Counted from the stretch's first letter, positions 1 to 9,596 are shown. The stretch: DNA of 64,000 nt from a virus (IMGVR_UViG_3300027749_000034); one strand, 5' to 3'. The notes: generated from the sequence alone by a model not told the origin. Made by a program: numbers and translations.

Positions 1-1
1 G

Positions 2-688
2 GGTGACATGTTAATTGTTGGTCTCAACAGTGATGAATGGTTAGAACGCAAAAAAGGTCAGGCATTCATGACATGGAACGAACGATTATGTATCGTTAAC
101 AATTTGAGCATGGTAGATGAAGTTTATACCTTTGACGATGCCGATGATTCAGCTAGACACTTTATCCAACAAGCAAGAGCACATTATCCCAATGCTGAAT
201 TGATATTTGCCAACGGTGGCGATAGGACCAAAGATAATATTCCAGAAATGGATGTTGTAGATTCTAATTTATCATTTGTATTTGGCGTTGGTGGCACAGA
301 CAAAAAGAACAGCAGTAGTTGGATCTTAGAAGAATGGAAGAGCCCAAAAACACAACGGCCTTGGGGCTACTATCGTGTATTATATGAAGATGATGTCATG
401 TTTCATACCAAGGTCAAAGAGCTGACTGTGATGCCTGGCCAAAGTCTAAGCATGCAACGCCATGCCTTTAGAAAAGAGTTTTGGCATGTGGCTCAGGGCA
501 TGTGTGATGTAACTGCTCGCATGCCATCTGGTTATCAAATGCCTCCTAGAACTCTTAGAGTGCATGACCGAATAGACATACTGGAGAATGAATGGCATCA
601 ACTTAGCAATCCATACTCAGGACCATGTAAGGTTGTAGAGATACAGTACGGATCAAGTTGCAACGAAGAAGATATTGAACGTCAATAA
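2..688 (+). CDS. Cytidylyltransferase-like (RfaE/TagD type) domain fused to a C-terminal cupin (mannose-6-phosphate isomerase type II-like); 5'-truncated by window edge
   Basis: Frame open from base 2 (GD-MLIVGLNSDEWLERKKG, FANGGDR typical of this family); C-terminal RPWGYY...SLSMQRH..R.EFWHV cupin signature. Confidence 0.75.
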   Translation, partial: GDMLIVGLNSDEWLERKKGQAFMTWNERLCIVNNLSMVDEVYTFDDADDSARHFIQQARAHYPNAELIFANGGDRTKDNIPEMDVVDSNLSFVFGVGGTDKKNSSSWILEEWKSPKTQRPWGYYRVLYEDDVMFHTKVKELTVMPGQSLSMQRHAFRKEFWHVAQGMCDVTARMPSGYQMPPRTLRVHDRIDILENEWHQLSNPYSGPCKVVEIQYGSSCNEEDIERQ

Positions 689-689
689 C

Positions 690-718
690 TTGACCTGTGG
701 GTTTATATGCTGTATACT
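690..718 (+). promoter_or_regulatory. Sigma70-type promoter
   Basis: TTGACC(690-695)-17 nt-TATACT(713-718) upstream of an AGGAG RBS and the ORF at 752. Confidence 0.75.
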
Positions 719-751
719 TGTACTGTAGATTACAACTCACAGGAGAAATAA

Positions 752-1003
752 ATGAGCTTTACCCCAGAACAAATTGCCAAACTTACCAAAGTGATCCAAG
801 AAGGTGTCCAAGTCAAACGAGAAATTGATGACCTTAGTGTGGGCCTAAAGGAAACAGTTGCCGCCATTGCTGAAGAAATGGAAATTAAACCAGCTGTCCT
901 TACCAAAGCAATTACCAAGGCCTTCAAAGGCGACTTTGACAAAGACCAAAGCGACTTGGAAGCTGTTGAAGAAATTCTAATTGTAACTAAAAACAAACAG
1001 TAA
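752..1003 (+). CDS. Small helical DNA-binding protein, T4 DsbA / GapR-like
   Basis: 83 aa coiled-coil pattern (IDDLSVGLKETVAAIAEEMEIKPAVLTKAITK) resembling the DsbA/GapR family; RBS and promoter present. Confidence 0.45.
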   Translation: MSFTPEQIAKLTKVIQEGVQVKREIDDLSVGLKETVAAIAEEMEIKPAVLTKAITKAFKGDFDKDQSDLEAVEEILIVTKNKQ

Positions 1004-1290
1004 TGAAAAAGTTACTTGCCAGTGTAAGAGATTACATTCGCGAGGATTGGCAAGAAAATCCAGTAAGATGTGTGCTGGAAATTCTCGCTTGGTTCCTAAG
1101 CATTGGTTGTGCTTTTACAATGATGCTTACAGTTCCTAATCCTCCGTTTTTAATTCTGTATCCCCTGTTCATAACCCAGTGTGCTATTTTTGCATGGGCC
1201 AGTAAAACTAGAGGAAGCACCGGCATGTTGGCCAACTATACTTTGCTGGTCACTATTGATACCATAGCACTAATTAGAATGTGGATGTGA
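1003..1290 (+). CDS. Hypothetical membrane protein
   Basis: 95 aa, three hydrophobic segments, coupled to neighbouring ORFs. Confidence 0.6.
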   Translation: MKKLLASVRDYIREDWQENPVRCVLEILAWFLSIGCAFTMMLTVPNPPFLILYPLFITQCAIFAWASKTRGSTGMLANYTLLVTIDTIALIRMWM

Positions 1291-1580
1291 TGCAGGTTCG
1301 AAAACTTGACAAGCGATACTCGGGCTATCCGTATTTCAAGTATTTTGTCGAGTTGAGCCAAAGCAATGAAGTTAACTTTCATAATGTGAGAGCCTGGTGC
1401 TGGAACACATGGGGTGCTAGTAAGGGCTTTAAAGATTGGGAATGGCATGAAAGAACTCCCACCCCACATGATGTTTGTCAAAATTCCAACTGGTGTTGGG
1501 TTGACGATCAATACCGAAATCGTATCTTGTTCAAAGGAAAAGAAGATGCGGCACTTTTTAAATTGTATCACGGTGCGTAA
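1281..1580 (+). CDS. Hypothetical protein, dispersed small paralog family (W-x-x-x-x-x-G ... F-x-x-K-E-D-A-x-L-F-x-L)
   Basis: AWCWNTWG...ILFKGKEDAALFKLYHG; overlapping start/stop with neighbours. Confidence 0.65.
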   Translation: MDVMQVRKLDKRYSGYPYFKYFVELSQSNEVNFHNVRAWCWNTWGASKGFKDWEWHERTPTPHDVCQNSNWCWVDDQYRNRILFKGKEDAALFKLYHGA

Positions 1581-1873
1581 TGAAACAACAAATATCAGTT
1601 CATCACTGGCGGTATGAAGATGGATGGCATGACATTCCTTATGTACTACTAAAGGATAAGAAGCAACCTCAGAAAGAGTTCCGTGAAGAAATTGTGGGCT
1701 GGCATTGCTGGGTCTATTGCAATGATCATCGAGAGTTCACAAATTGGATGGAAGCACATTGCCCTACCGCAGACTGTACTCCCAGATTTAATTCAGGTGA
1801 TCCAATGATCACTGTTAACATTACCAGCAAGGATGAGGCGGCATACTTTATGCTAAACTTCAATGTATTTTAA
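1580..1873 (+). CDS. Hypothetical protein, same paralog family
   Basis: NWMEAHCP...ITSKDEAAYFMLNF; TAATG coupling. Confidence 0.65.
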   Translation: MKQQISVHHWRYEDGWHDIPYVLLKDKKQPQKEFREEIVGWHCWVYCNDHREFTNWMEAHCPTADCTPRFNSGDPMITVNITSKDEAAYFMLNFNVF

Positions 1874-2141
1874 CAGTCTGTACATTGGCGATGTTGACCT
1901 CGATGCATTGTTAAATTGGTTGTGCGAAAACATTAGCGGATTAGTAATGACCACTCGCAACGAGTATTCGTATCACAACATGTATCATGGTGACAATGAT
2001 TTATGGATTATGTCGACCAGTGATGTTAGTGATGTAAGAGGTAGTCACTGGGACGAAATGACACAATTACAATTTAAAAACAAAGAAGATTTATTTTTGT
2101 GTAAGTTAACTTGGGGCGGTGCGGTTGCTGAACAGATATAA
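1863..2141 (+). CDS. Hypothetical protein, same paralog family
   Basis: NWLCENISG...QFKNKEDLFLCKLTWG. Confidence 0.6.
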   Translation: MYFNSLYIGDVDLDALLNWLCENISGLVMTTRNEYSYHNMYHGDNDLWIMSTSDVSDVRGSHWDEMTQLQFKNKEDLFLCKLTWGGAVAEQI

Positions 2142-2153
2142 ATCTGTTATAAT
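2125..2153 (+). promoter_or_regulatory. Sigma70-type promoter with extended -10 and an inverted repeat in the spacer
   Basis: TTGCTG(2125-2130)-17 nt-TATAAT(2148-2153) preceded by TGT; AACAGAT-ATAA-ATCTGTT at 2131-2148. Confidence 0.65.
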
Positions 2154-2177
2154 ATTTTGATTGTTCAAAGGAGAAAA

Positions 2178-2540
2178 ATGAACTATTGGGGTTACCACTT
2201 AATTTTAGATTGCGGGCGGTGCAATCCGGATCAAATGAAAGACTTTGACAATGTTGATACCTGGATCCGCCAGTTAGTCAAGGACATCAACATGGAGCCA
2301 ATTGGTGAGCCCAGGATTGAATACACCGCAGGAGAATTTCCTGATAAGGCTGGCTTTACAGTGGTTCAAGTAATTGTTACCAGTAGTATTGTTGCTCACT
2401 TTGTAGATAATCTACAACAGATCTATCTTGATGTTTTTAGTTGTAAAGAATTTGATACAGCCATTGTTGAAGCCAGCATAAAGAAACACTTTGGTGTTGG
2501 TTCAATTAGAAAATACTTTTTAACAAGACAAGCAGATTAA
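2178..2540 (+). CDS. speD: S-adenosylmethionine decarboxylase proenzyme (pyruvoyl-dependent, SpeD/SpeH class)
   Basis: G.HLILD.....; G.T.V..I.TSSI..H; YLDVFSCK.F motif; start reassigned to ATG 2178 after AAGGAG. Confidence 0.8.
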   Translation: MNYWGYHLILDCGRCNPDQMKDFDNVDTWIRQLVKDINMEPIGEPRIEYTAGEFPDKAGFTVVQVIVTSSIVAHFVDNLQQIYLDVFSCKEFDTAIVEASIKKHFGVGSIRKYFLTRQAD

Positions 2541-2794
2541 TGGACGACGAAAATTGGGGAGTACAAATTACTAAGAGTTGGCGGCATGGTTCTCTTTGGT
2601 GTTTCTGGTGCTTTCCTTATTTTATTGATCCTGCTCCAGTTCCATATCCAGGATTTGAATATCTTAAAATATGGTTGAATATGAATTGTCCAAGTGCGGT
2701 GTACGAAGTAAGATACAATAATGGTTCTCCAAAGTTGGAAGTTACTTTTAACGATGAAGAAGAAGCATTGCTATTTAGGATGACATACTCGTGA
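2540..2794 (+). CDS. Hypothetical protein, same paralog family
   Basis: IWLNMNCPSA...YNNGSP...FNDEEEALLFRMTY, close to the 1580..1873 product. Confidence 0.65.
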   Translation: MDDENWGVQITKSWRHGSLWCFWCFPYFIDPAPVPYPGFEYLKIWLNMNCPSAVYEVRYNNGSPKLEVTFNDEEEALLFRMTYS

Positions 2795-3069
2795 TAGTTA
2801 AAACAGCAATCCAACAACAATGGAATATTGTGTTTCCTAATTCTGGTCCAGGTTATACTGTTTTGGCAATGGTTGACATAGACAACAAAAAGTGGTATAC
2901 TATACATGTGAGCAAGGATATTGCTACTTGGACCAGAACACAATCTCAGGACCAATGGTATGAACATCCTTATGAACAACCTACTCGCTACAATTTTCAT
3001 GAGCCATCATCTGCAAAATTTGATGTACATTGTGAATTGTTAGCAATTTTAAAACTGACATGGGGCTAA
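2791..3069 (+). CDS. Hypothetical protein, same paralog family (divergent)
   Basis: IATWTRTQ...FDVHCELLAILKLTWG. Confidence 0.6.
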   Translation: MIVKTAIQQQWNIVFPNSGPGYTVLAMVDIDNKKWYTIHVSKDIATWTRTQSQDQWYEHPYEQPTRYNFHEPSSAKFDVHCELLAILKLTWG

Positions 3070-3070
3070 T

Positions 3071-3490
3071 ATGAACATTGTTGTACATTCAAAAAGTGCA
3101 GGCAAACAGGCCTTGGTTAACGCAACAGCACATCTTTATAAACAAGAACTTAAAATTTCCAACAGCACTTATACTGTAGAGATTCAGTTTAAGAAAGGTC
3201 TAGCAAATGTTGACGGTATGAAAGGTAGCGTATGTGAGATTGCCCCCAAGCATATTCTAATGCTACTGGATGCGGATTTAAAACAAGAACGACTGTTTGA
3301 GACTCTGGCGCATGAAATGGTTCATGTAAAACAATATGCCAAAGGGCAGTACAAGACCATCCGTACAAAAAGATTTTGGATGGGTAGTCATGTTAAGGCC
3401 GACTACTTTGACCAACCTTGGGAACGAGAGGCAATGAGTAAAGAAAAGTTGCTGGCTGGTAAAGTTTATGCTATACTTGCTAAAGCATGA
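3071..3490 (+). CDS. Zincin-like metallopeptidase
   Basis: TLAHEMVHVKQY (HExxH) plus downstream PWEREA Glu motif. Confidence 0.65.
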   Translation: MNIVVHSKSAGKQALVNATAHLYKQELKISNSTYTVEIQFKKGLANVDGMKGSVCEIAPKHILMLLDADLKQERLFETLAHEMVHVKQYAKGQYKTIRTKRFWMGSHVKADYFDQPWEREAMSKEKLLAGKVYAILAKA

Positions 3491-3711
3491 GAAGTGCGTT
3501 GAGTGGTTGGTATGTGGCCAGTATTATGGCGCCGGTTGACGAAACAGTCAATGGCAAATACCGGTACCAAGGATGGACACCTTGTATTGAATGGTGCAAC
3601 AAACAGTTTGGTGACAAGGTCACTGATGGCTGGAATTTTAAAGGTGACGGCATCTTTGAATTTAGAGAACAAGCAGACTACCTGCTGTTTACGCTGACAT
3701 GGGGTAAATGA
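3487..3711 (+). CDS. Hypothetical protein, same paralog family
   Basis: IEWCNKQFG...FEFREQADYLLFTLTWG. Confidence 0.65.
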   Translation: MRSALSGWYVASIMAPVDETVNGKYRYQGWTPCIEWCNKQFGDKVTDGWNFKGDGIFEFREQADYLLFTLTWGK

Positions 3712-3944
3712 TGTACCAAGAATTTAGCTGGCGCAATGCCAAACATGATTCAATGATAATTGAAATCATGCACCACGGACATGTAGTAATGCATTTCTTC
3801 TTGGGAGAAGGAATGGAAGGTGCAGGGCGTAAGCGAGTAATGGCGCATGTAAGAGAATGCGACAGCAGTACATGGCTCACTGAGTGGCGTGAACATGCCG
3901 AAGAAGAAATGTTACAAAAGTTGAAAGATGATCATAGCCTATAA
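3708..3944 (+). CDS. Hypothetical protein
   Basis: ATGA overlap with upstream gene; 78 aa. Confidence 0.5.
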   Translation: MMYQEFSWRNAKHDSMIIEIMHHGHVVMHFFLGEGMEGAGRKRVMAHVRECDSSTWLTEWREHAEEEMLQKLKDDHSL

Positions 3945-3973
3945 ATGACAGACTTGGATTTAGGAGTTGAAGA

Positions 3974-4171
3974 ATGACAGTAGAAGATTTAGAATATATT
4001 TTTGAATATCAGATAGTAGACGGTACAGAAAAGTTGTACTTTATGCTGATAGACGGTGATCGCTTGCCTATGATTGAGCGGCATCCTGCCGATGATTTGA
4101 AGGGATTGTTACCTATGCTATCAAGTTTTGAATATGCAGGCAATGAAGTCATGCCGAGGTTTAAAAAATGA
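3974..4171 (+). CDS. Hypothetical protein
   Basis: AGGAG RBS upstream; 65 aa. Confidence 0.55.
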   Translation: MTVEDLEYIFEYQIVDGTEKLYFMLIDGDRLPMIERHPADDLKGLLPMLSSFEYAGNEVMPRFKK

Positions 4172-4563
4172 CCGATGACGTTAAAAAACAAGAAGTAATG
4201 GATGCACTACATGAATCTGGTAAAAGTTTTGCCAAGGCGGCCAAAGAATATCAAGACATGTGCCAAACTTACTATTCAGGTCTAGAACCTGAGGAACAGT
4301 TGATGGCATTTTGTGCCATTGTTGAAAAGTTATGTCAAGGTGAATTAGATGAACGGCGTAGTTACCGAGGTGTCTTGTATGGCACCTTTGGTTGGGGACC
4401 AGAAGCCTATGCCGCCGCACAAGGTGCTGGCTACTTGGGATTGCATAATGCTATCTATCGATTTGAAGACCTAGAGCATGTGATGACCAACACTCTCAAA
4501 GAACTTGAAATTGAAGTTGATTCAGAAAAGTTGCGCGATGCACTGGCCAAACACTTCTATTAA
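4168..4563 (+). CDS. Hypothetical protein
   Basis: ATGA overlap; 131 aa, helical. Confidence 0.6.
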   Translation: MTDDVKKQEVMDALHESGKSFAKAAKEYQDMCQTYYSGLEPEEQLMAFCAIVEKLCQGELDERRSYRGVLYGTFGWGPEAYAAAQGAGYLGLHNAIYRFEDLEHVMTNTLKELEIEVDSEKLRDALAKHFY

Positions 4564-4580
4564 AGTAAAATACATACTAC

Positions 4581-7229
4581 ATGTTCATTGACGCATATCA
4601 CGATAAGAAAAAAGAAATCATCCATGTTGTAGAACGAGTGGATGGCAAGAGGGTGCTCAAAGAGTATCCAGCAAAGTATGTCTTGTACTATCCTGACAAC
4701 AAAGGCAAGTTCACTGACATTGCTGGCAACAGAGTCAGCCGAGTGCTTTTGAGCAATGCCACAGCATTTGACAAAGAACGGCGTATTCACAGCAACAAAA
4801 AGTTATGTGAAAGCGACTATAGACCGTTGAATCGATGTCTAGAAGAAATCTATGGCGGTCAAGAAGCACCTAAACTTCATGTTGCATTTTTTGACATTGA
4901 GGTTGCATACGATAAGGTCAAGGGCTTTGCTGATCCCAGTGATCCTTTTAATACCATTACAGCAATCACAGTACACCTGGGGTGGCTAGACAGGACTGTT
5001 ACACTGGTTCTCAAGCCAGATGCAATGCCACAGCCACAGGCTGAGGACATTGTTAAACGATTTGATGATACAATCTTGTGTTCCAATGAAAAAGAAATGT
5101 TGGAAATGTTTCTTGACTTGATTGATGATGCAGATGTAATGAGTGGCTGGAACAGTGAAGGATTTGATATCCCATACACTACAAATCGTATCAGCCGTGT
5201 ACTGAGCAAAGAACAAACACGCAAGTTTTGCTTGTGGGATCAGTTTCCTAAAAAGCGAGAGTTTGAAAAGTATGGCAGAACATTGGAAACTTACGATCCA
5301 ATTGGTCGAGTTCACCTGGACTATCTTGAACTGTATCGCAAGTACAACTATCACGAGATGCATACCTATCGCTTGGATGCCATTGGTGAGTACGAGATTG
5401 GTGAAAAGAAAATACCATATGAAGGCTCATTGGATCAGTTGTACAATAATGATTTTGAAAAGTTTATTGCCTACAACAGACAAGACGTCATCTTGCTTAA
5501 AAAATTAGATGCCAAGTTGCAATTTATTGAACTTACTAATCTTATTAGTCATGCCAATACCGTTGGACTTCGTGCAACATTGGGTGCGGTGGCAGTTACA
5601 GACCAAGCAGTCATCAATGAGGCACATGGTCTAGGTATGGTGGTTCCAGATCGTCCACGGCGCAGTGAAGATGCCAAGGACAATGCCGCGGCAGGTGCGT
5701 ATGTTGCTGTGCCCAAAGCAGGCATGCATGAGTGGATCGGAAGTATGGACATTAACAGTCTGTATCCATCTCTAATTCGTGCGCTGAACATGAGCCCAGA
5801 AACCATTGTTGGTCAAGTTAGACAGACACGCACACTGGCCGGTATTGATGACAGCATTGCTTCTGGTCGGGGTATTGCAGACTTTTGGGATGGCAAGTTT
5901 GCTTGCTACGAGTATGAAAGTGTAATGGCCAGGGACATTGGACAAACTGAAACAGTTGATTGGGCTGATGGAACCAGTACACAAATGAGTTCTGCACAAG
6001 TGTACGATTATGTATTCCTTAGTGGACAACCTTTGATTATCAGTGGCAACGGTACAATCTTTAACTATACCAACAAAGGTATCATACCTGGACTGCTAGA
6101 GCGTTGGTACGCCGAGCGTAAAGAATTACAAAAGAAACTCAAAGAAGCAACGACTCCTGAAGAGGTTGAGTTTTGGGACAAACGGCAGTTGGTTAAGAAA
6201 ATTAACTTGAACTCTGCGTATGGTGCGTTGTTGAATGCAGGTTCGAGGTTCTTTGATCAACGACTAGGACAAAGTACTACCTTATGCGGTCGGCTTGTTG
6301 CCAGACACATGGCAGGAAGTGTCAACGACAGCCTAACTGGAGAGCATGATCACACAGGTAAAGCAATTATCTATGGTGACACTGACTCTGTTTACTTCAG
6401 TGCATATCCCATCTTCAAAGAACAAATTGAGAATGGTCAATTTGAATGGACCAAAGAAAAGATCATTGAACTGTATGATGCAATAAGCGAACAGGTAAAT
6501 GATACCTTTCCGGCATTTATGAATACCGCATTTAATTGTCCACAAGCCCAGGGTGAGATTATCAAAGCAGGTCGAGAACTGGTTGCCAGCAAAGGCATCT
6601 ACATGACCAAGAAGCGTTATGCTGTTCTTATCTTTGACAAGGAAGGCAAGCGCAAAGATACAAATGGATCACTGGGCGAACTGAAAGCCATGGGTCTGGA
6701 CATGAAGCGAGCAGACACTCCAGAGTTCATGCAACGGTTCTTGGAAGAAGCATTGACTATGACCCTGGAAGGTAAAACTGAATATGAGGTCATGGCCCGT
6801 GTCAAACAGTTCCGTGAGGAGTTCAAGAGCAGACCTGGTTGGGAAAAGGGCACCCCCAAGCGTGTGAACAATCTAACTAAACATACTGCTGTTTACGAAA
6901 AGACTGGCAAGTGCGGAGTTGGTCATGCCATGGCGGCCATCAACTGGAATCGATTCAAGCAGGCGCACAGTGACAACCGAAGTATGGAAATAACGGATGG
7001 TCAAAAAGCCATTGTTTGTAAACTGAGATCCAACAACTACAACATAACATCTATTGCTTATCCAATTGACGAATTGAATCTTCCAGATTGGTTTAAGCTA
7101 TTACCATTTGATCATACTGCAATGGAAGAAACCATCATTGACAGTAAGATTGAAAACTTGCTAGGTGTATTACATTGGGACTTGAACCAAAGTAAGGACC
7201 GAGGCTTTATCGATGACTTGTTTTCTTAA
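4581..7229 (+). CDS. DNA polymerase family B (T4 gp43-like) with 3'-5' exonuclease
   Basis: ExoI FFDIE, ExoII GWNSEGFDIPY, ExoIII YNRQD; Pol motifs DINSLYPS, KKINLNSAYG, YGDTDS, KKRYA. Confidence 0.97.
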   Translation: MFIDAYHDKKKEIIHVVERVDGKRVLKEYPAKYVLYYPDNKGKFTDIAGNRVSRVLLSNATAFDKERRIHSNKKLCESDYRPLNRCLEEIYGGQEAPKLHVAFFDIEVAYDKVKGFADPSDPFNTITAITVHLGWLDRTVTLVLKPDAMPQPQAEDIVKRFDDTILCSNEKEMLEMFLDLIDDADVMSGWNSEGFDIPYTTNRISRVLSKEQTRKFCLWDQFPKKREFEKYGRTLETYDPIGRVHLDYLELYRKYNYHEMHTYRLDAIGEYEIGEKKIPYEGSLDQLYNNDFEKFIAYNRQDVILLKKLDAKLQFIELTNLISHANTVGLRATLGAVAVTDQAVINEAHGLGMVVPDRPRRSEDAKDNAAAGAYVAVPKAGMHEWIGSMDINSLYPSLIRALNMSPETIVGQVRQTRTLAGIDDSIASGRGIADFWDGKFACYEYESVMARDIGQTETVDWADGTSTQMSSAQVYDYVFLSGQPLIISGNGTIFNYTNKGIIPGLLERWYAERKELQKKLKEATTPEEVEFWDKRQLVKKINLNSAYGALLNAGSRFFDQRLGQSTTLCGRLVARHMAGSVNDSLTGEHDHTGKAIIYGDTDSVYFSAYPIFKEQIENGQFEWTKEKIIELYDAISEQVNDTFPAFMNTAFNCPQAQGEIIKAGRELVASKGIYMTKKRYAVLIFDKEGKRKDTNGSLGELKAMGLDMKRADTPEFMQRFLEEALTMTLEGKTEYEVMARVKQFREEFKSRPGWEKGTPKRVNNLTKHTAVYEKTGKCGVGHAMAAINWNRFKQAHSDNRSMEITDGQKAIVCKLRSNNYNITSIAYPIDELNLPDWFKLLPFDHTAMEETIIDSKIENLLGVLHWDLNQSKDRGFIDDLFS

Positions 7230-7245
7230 AACGGAGAACAAGCAG

Positions 7246-7274
7246 TTGACTTTAGATCTAAATCTAACTACAAT
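7246..7274 (+). promoter_or_regulatory. Sigma70-type promoter with an inverted repeat in the spacer
   Basis: TTGACT(7246-7251)-17 nt-TACAAT(7269-7274); TTAGAT-CTAA-ATCTAA at 7252-7267. Confidence 0.75.
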
Positions 7275-7294
7275 AGTAACATTAACGGAGAAAC

Positions 7295-8032
7295 ATGACA
7301 ATGCTAAAAGACATTACGCTTGATGTAGCAAAAAACATCGCAGGACTAGGAATCTTTGAAGAGATCCTGGTTGAACAAGAACCAAACAGTACAAAATTTA
7401 CTGCGTATCCGGAAGATTCATTGCTGACTGTACTTGCCAACAGCAAGGACAAGGTCACAGAGTTTCCTGAGGCATGCGGCATGCTTAACTTGGGCTTCTT
7501 TGTTGGCTTGACAAACTTATACAAAGATCCAGATGTTACAAAAAAGTGTAATGTCACAGTTGGATCAAACAACAAAGGTGATGTTGATCGTTTGGCATTC
7601 AACAATGCAGACGGCAACAATGACGAATATCGTTTGACGCCAACTAACCTGATGAAGACCAAGAGTCGTAGTTTTAACGGCACAACTTGGGAAGTAGTTG
7701 TTAGTCCACAAGCAAATAAAATCAGTGAGCTGAGCCAGCGCGGTACATTGTATGCCACCATTGACCCAAATTTAACTGCAAGCACAGAGAATGGCAAGTT
7801 GGTTTTTAGCTTTGGTGGAAGTGCTGGTGGTGGTCATGCAGGTAAGTTTGTATTTGCTGACACTACACAAACCTTGAAGCGTCCAGTATCCTTGTCAATT
7901 CAGGCTTTGTTAACTGCATTTAAAATGTGTAGCCAAGGCACACCGGTGTTGAGCATCAGTGAGCGAGCTACCAAGGTTGAATTTAACAGTGGCTTAATTG
8001 CTTACGAATACATTACTCCAACACAGAAGTAA
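7295..8032 (+). CDS. Probable DNA sliding clamp (gp45/PCNA-like)
   Basis: 245 aa alternating alpha/beta pattern, directly downstream of PolB, size typical of a clamp; no diagnostic motif. Confidence 0.55.
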   Translation: MTMLKDITLDVAKNIAGLGIFEEILVEQEPNSTKFTAYPEDSLLTVLANSKDKVTEFPEACGMLNLGFFVGLTNLYKDPDVTKKCNVTVGSNNKGDVDRLAFNNADGNNDEYRLTPTNLMKTKSRSFNGTTWEVVVSPQANKISELSQRGTLYATIDPNLTASTENGKLVFSFGGSAGGGHAGKFVFADTTQTLKRPVSLSIQALLTAFKMCSQGTPVLSISERATKVEFNSGLIAYEYITPTQK

Positions 8033-8036
8033 GAAT

Positions 8037-9596
8037 ATGCCAAGTAAAAAAAGTAAAGTTGACTTGTGGGCTAAGAATGAAGACTATGCAGTTTTCTTGC
8101 CTAGTATCTCATCTTTTTACAATACCATTATTAGTAAAGAACGAAACGAGCCCGGCGTTAGTGTAAAAGCTGACCGTGTTCCAAAAGAATTTGAAAATGG
8201 TATTGAGGGTATGAACTTCCTTAACAAGGAACAAGCATACTTTTACTATCCTTATGCACTATATTCTGCGGGCCATGCACAGCTGGATCTCAAGAAGACT
8301 GACAAAGAAGAAGCAATGGTTCAACAACGAGATCGCAAGAATACTTTTATTCTAGGCGACTCTGGTGGATTCCAAATTGCAAAAGGTGTCATCAAGTTTG
8401 ACTGGGAAAACTTTATGGAGAAGCCAGGTGATGCTGGCTACAAAGGTTCTGCAGACAAGACTCGCGGCGCAATTTTAAATTGGTTAGAGCATACTGCTGA
8501 CTATTCGATGGTATTGGATATTCCAACCTGGGCGGCACGACCACCACTGAACGAACGCACTGGTCTAAAGTCATTCCAACAATGTTTGGATGGCACACTT
8601 TACAACAATGCATGGTTCTTGGCCAATCGACAAAACAAAACAAAGTTTCTAAATGTGTTACAGGGTAGTAACAATGAAGAAGCAGACATTTGGTACGACA
8701 ATGTTAAACACTTCCCATTTGAAGGTTGGGCAATGGGTGGTAACAACATGCAAGACGCACACTTGGTTCTCCGTAGACTAATTCAAATGCGTGACGAAGG
8801 TATGTTGGCGCCAGGTAAGGATGTCATTCACTTCTTGGGCACAAGTCGTTTAGAATGGACAATTTTCTTAACTGCAATTCAGCGAGCATTGCGAGAACAT
8901 GTCAATCCAAACATGCTAGTAACATATGATTGTGCAAGTCCATTTGTTTCTGTGGCATACGGACTAAGCTATACACAACATGTGCATAGCAATGATCGCT
9001 TTACCTATGTGATGGAAAAGGCTGTGGATAACCGAGACCTAAGTGGATCTAAAATTCCATGGCCTTGGAACAGTCCAATCGGTGAACGCTTGACCATGGG
9101 CGATGTGTGCTATTACAAACCAGGTCAAGAAAATAAAAATGGTAAGGTTTCAAGAACAAGTTGGGACACATTCAGTTATAGTCTTATTATGGGCCATAAT
9201 GTTTACCAACACATTGAAAGTGTACAGCGAGCCAACACACTTGCTGACATTGCACACAAGTTGAATCGTCCAGACCCAGCCGAATGGCGCAAAGGTCGGC
9301 AAAGAAGTCAGGAAGGACAGGTTGACTTATGGGTACCTCGTAATGTATTATACATAATGGAACTAGTAGATCAAGTGTTTAGAGTTGAGAACCCATATGA
9401 ATTGTTAGAACAAAGTTCTGCATTGCTAAGTGAGTTCTCTGGACGCAAGACTCGTAAGAGTGGTGCAGAAGCTGTGCATGATATTTTTACCACTGGTGAT
9501 GGTACCAGTGCAAATGAAATGGCAGAAGGTGGAGAGTTTGATGATATGAACGATCCTAAACTAACTGAACTTGAACAATCGCTTAAGGATGAATGA
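8037..9596 (+). CDS. dpdA: tRNA-guanine transglycosylase-like protein; DNA 7-deazaguanine insertion enzyme (DpdA family)
   Basis: TGT motifs GDSGGFQ, SMVLDIP, NVLQG, WAMGG, IHFLG, TYDCASP; folE and queE nearby; start reassigned to ATG 8037. Confidence 0.85.
   Translation: MPSKKSKVDLWAKNEDYAVFLPSISSFYNTIISKERNEPGVSVKADRVPKEFENGIEGMNFLNKEQAYFYYPYALYSAGHAQLDLKKTDKEEAMVQQRDRKNTFILGDSGGFQIAKGVIKFDWENFMEKPGDAGYKGSADKTRGAILNWLEHTADYSMVLDIPTWAARPPLNERTGLKSFQQCLDGTLYNNAWFLANRQNKTKFLNVLQGSNNEEADIWYDNVKHFPFEGWAMGGNNMQDAHLVLRRLIQMRDEGMLAPGKDVIHFLGTSRLEWTIFLTAIQRALREHVNPNMLVTYDCASPFVSVAYGLSYTQHVHSNDRFTYVMEKAVDNRDLSGSKIPWPWNSPIGERLTMGDVCYYKPGQENKNGKVSRTSWDTFSYSLIMGHNVYQHIESVQRANTLADIAHKLNRPDPAEWRKGRQRSQEGQVDLWVPRNVLYIMELVDQVFRVENPYELLEQSSALLSEFSGRKTRKSGAEAVHDIFTTGDGTSANEMAEGGEFDDMNDPKLTELEQSLKDE

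Noticed and set aside
4581-7229. Intein or intron in PolB (also checked dpdA, thyX and the giant ORF)
   Set aside because: Motifs are contiguous at normal spacing; no LAGLIDADG/HNH or C..HN-C/S/T splice signature noticed
8037-9596. Ordinary tRNA-modifying tgt
   Set aside because: Longer, lacks the bacterial TGT C-terminal CxCxxC zinc site, and sits beside polB/clamp/folE/queE as expected for DpdA; a tRNA target is not formally excluded
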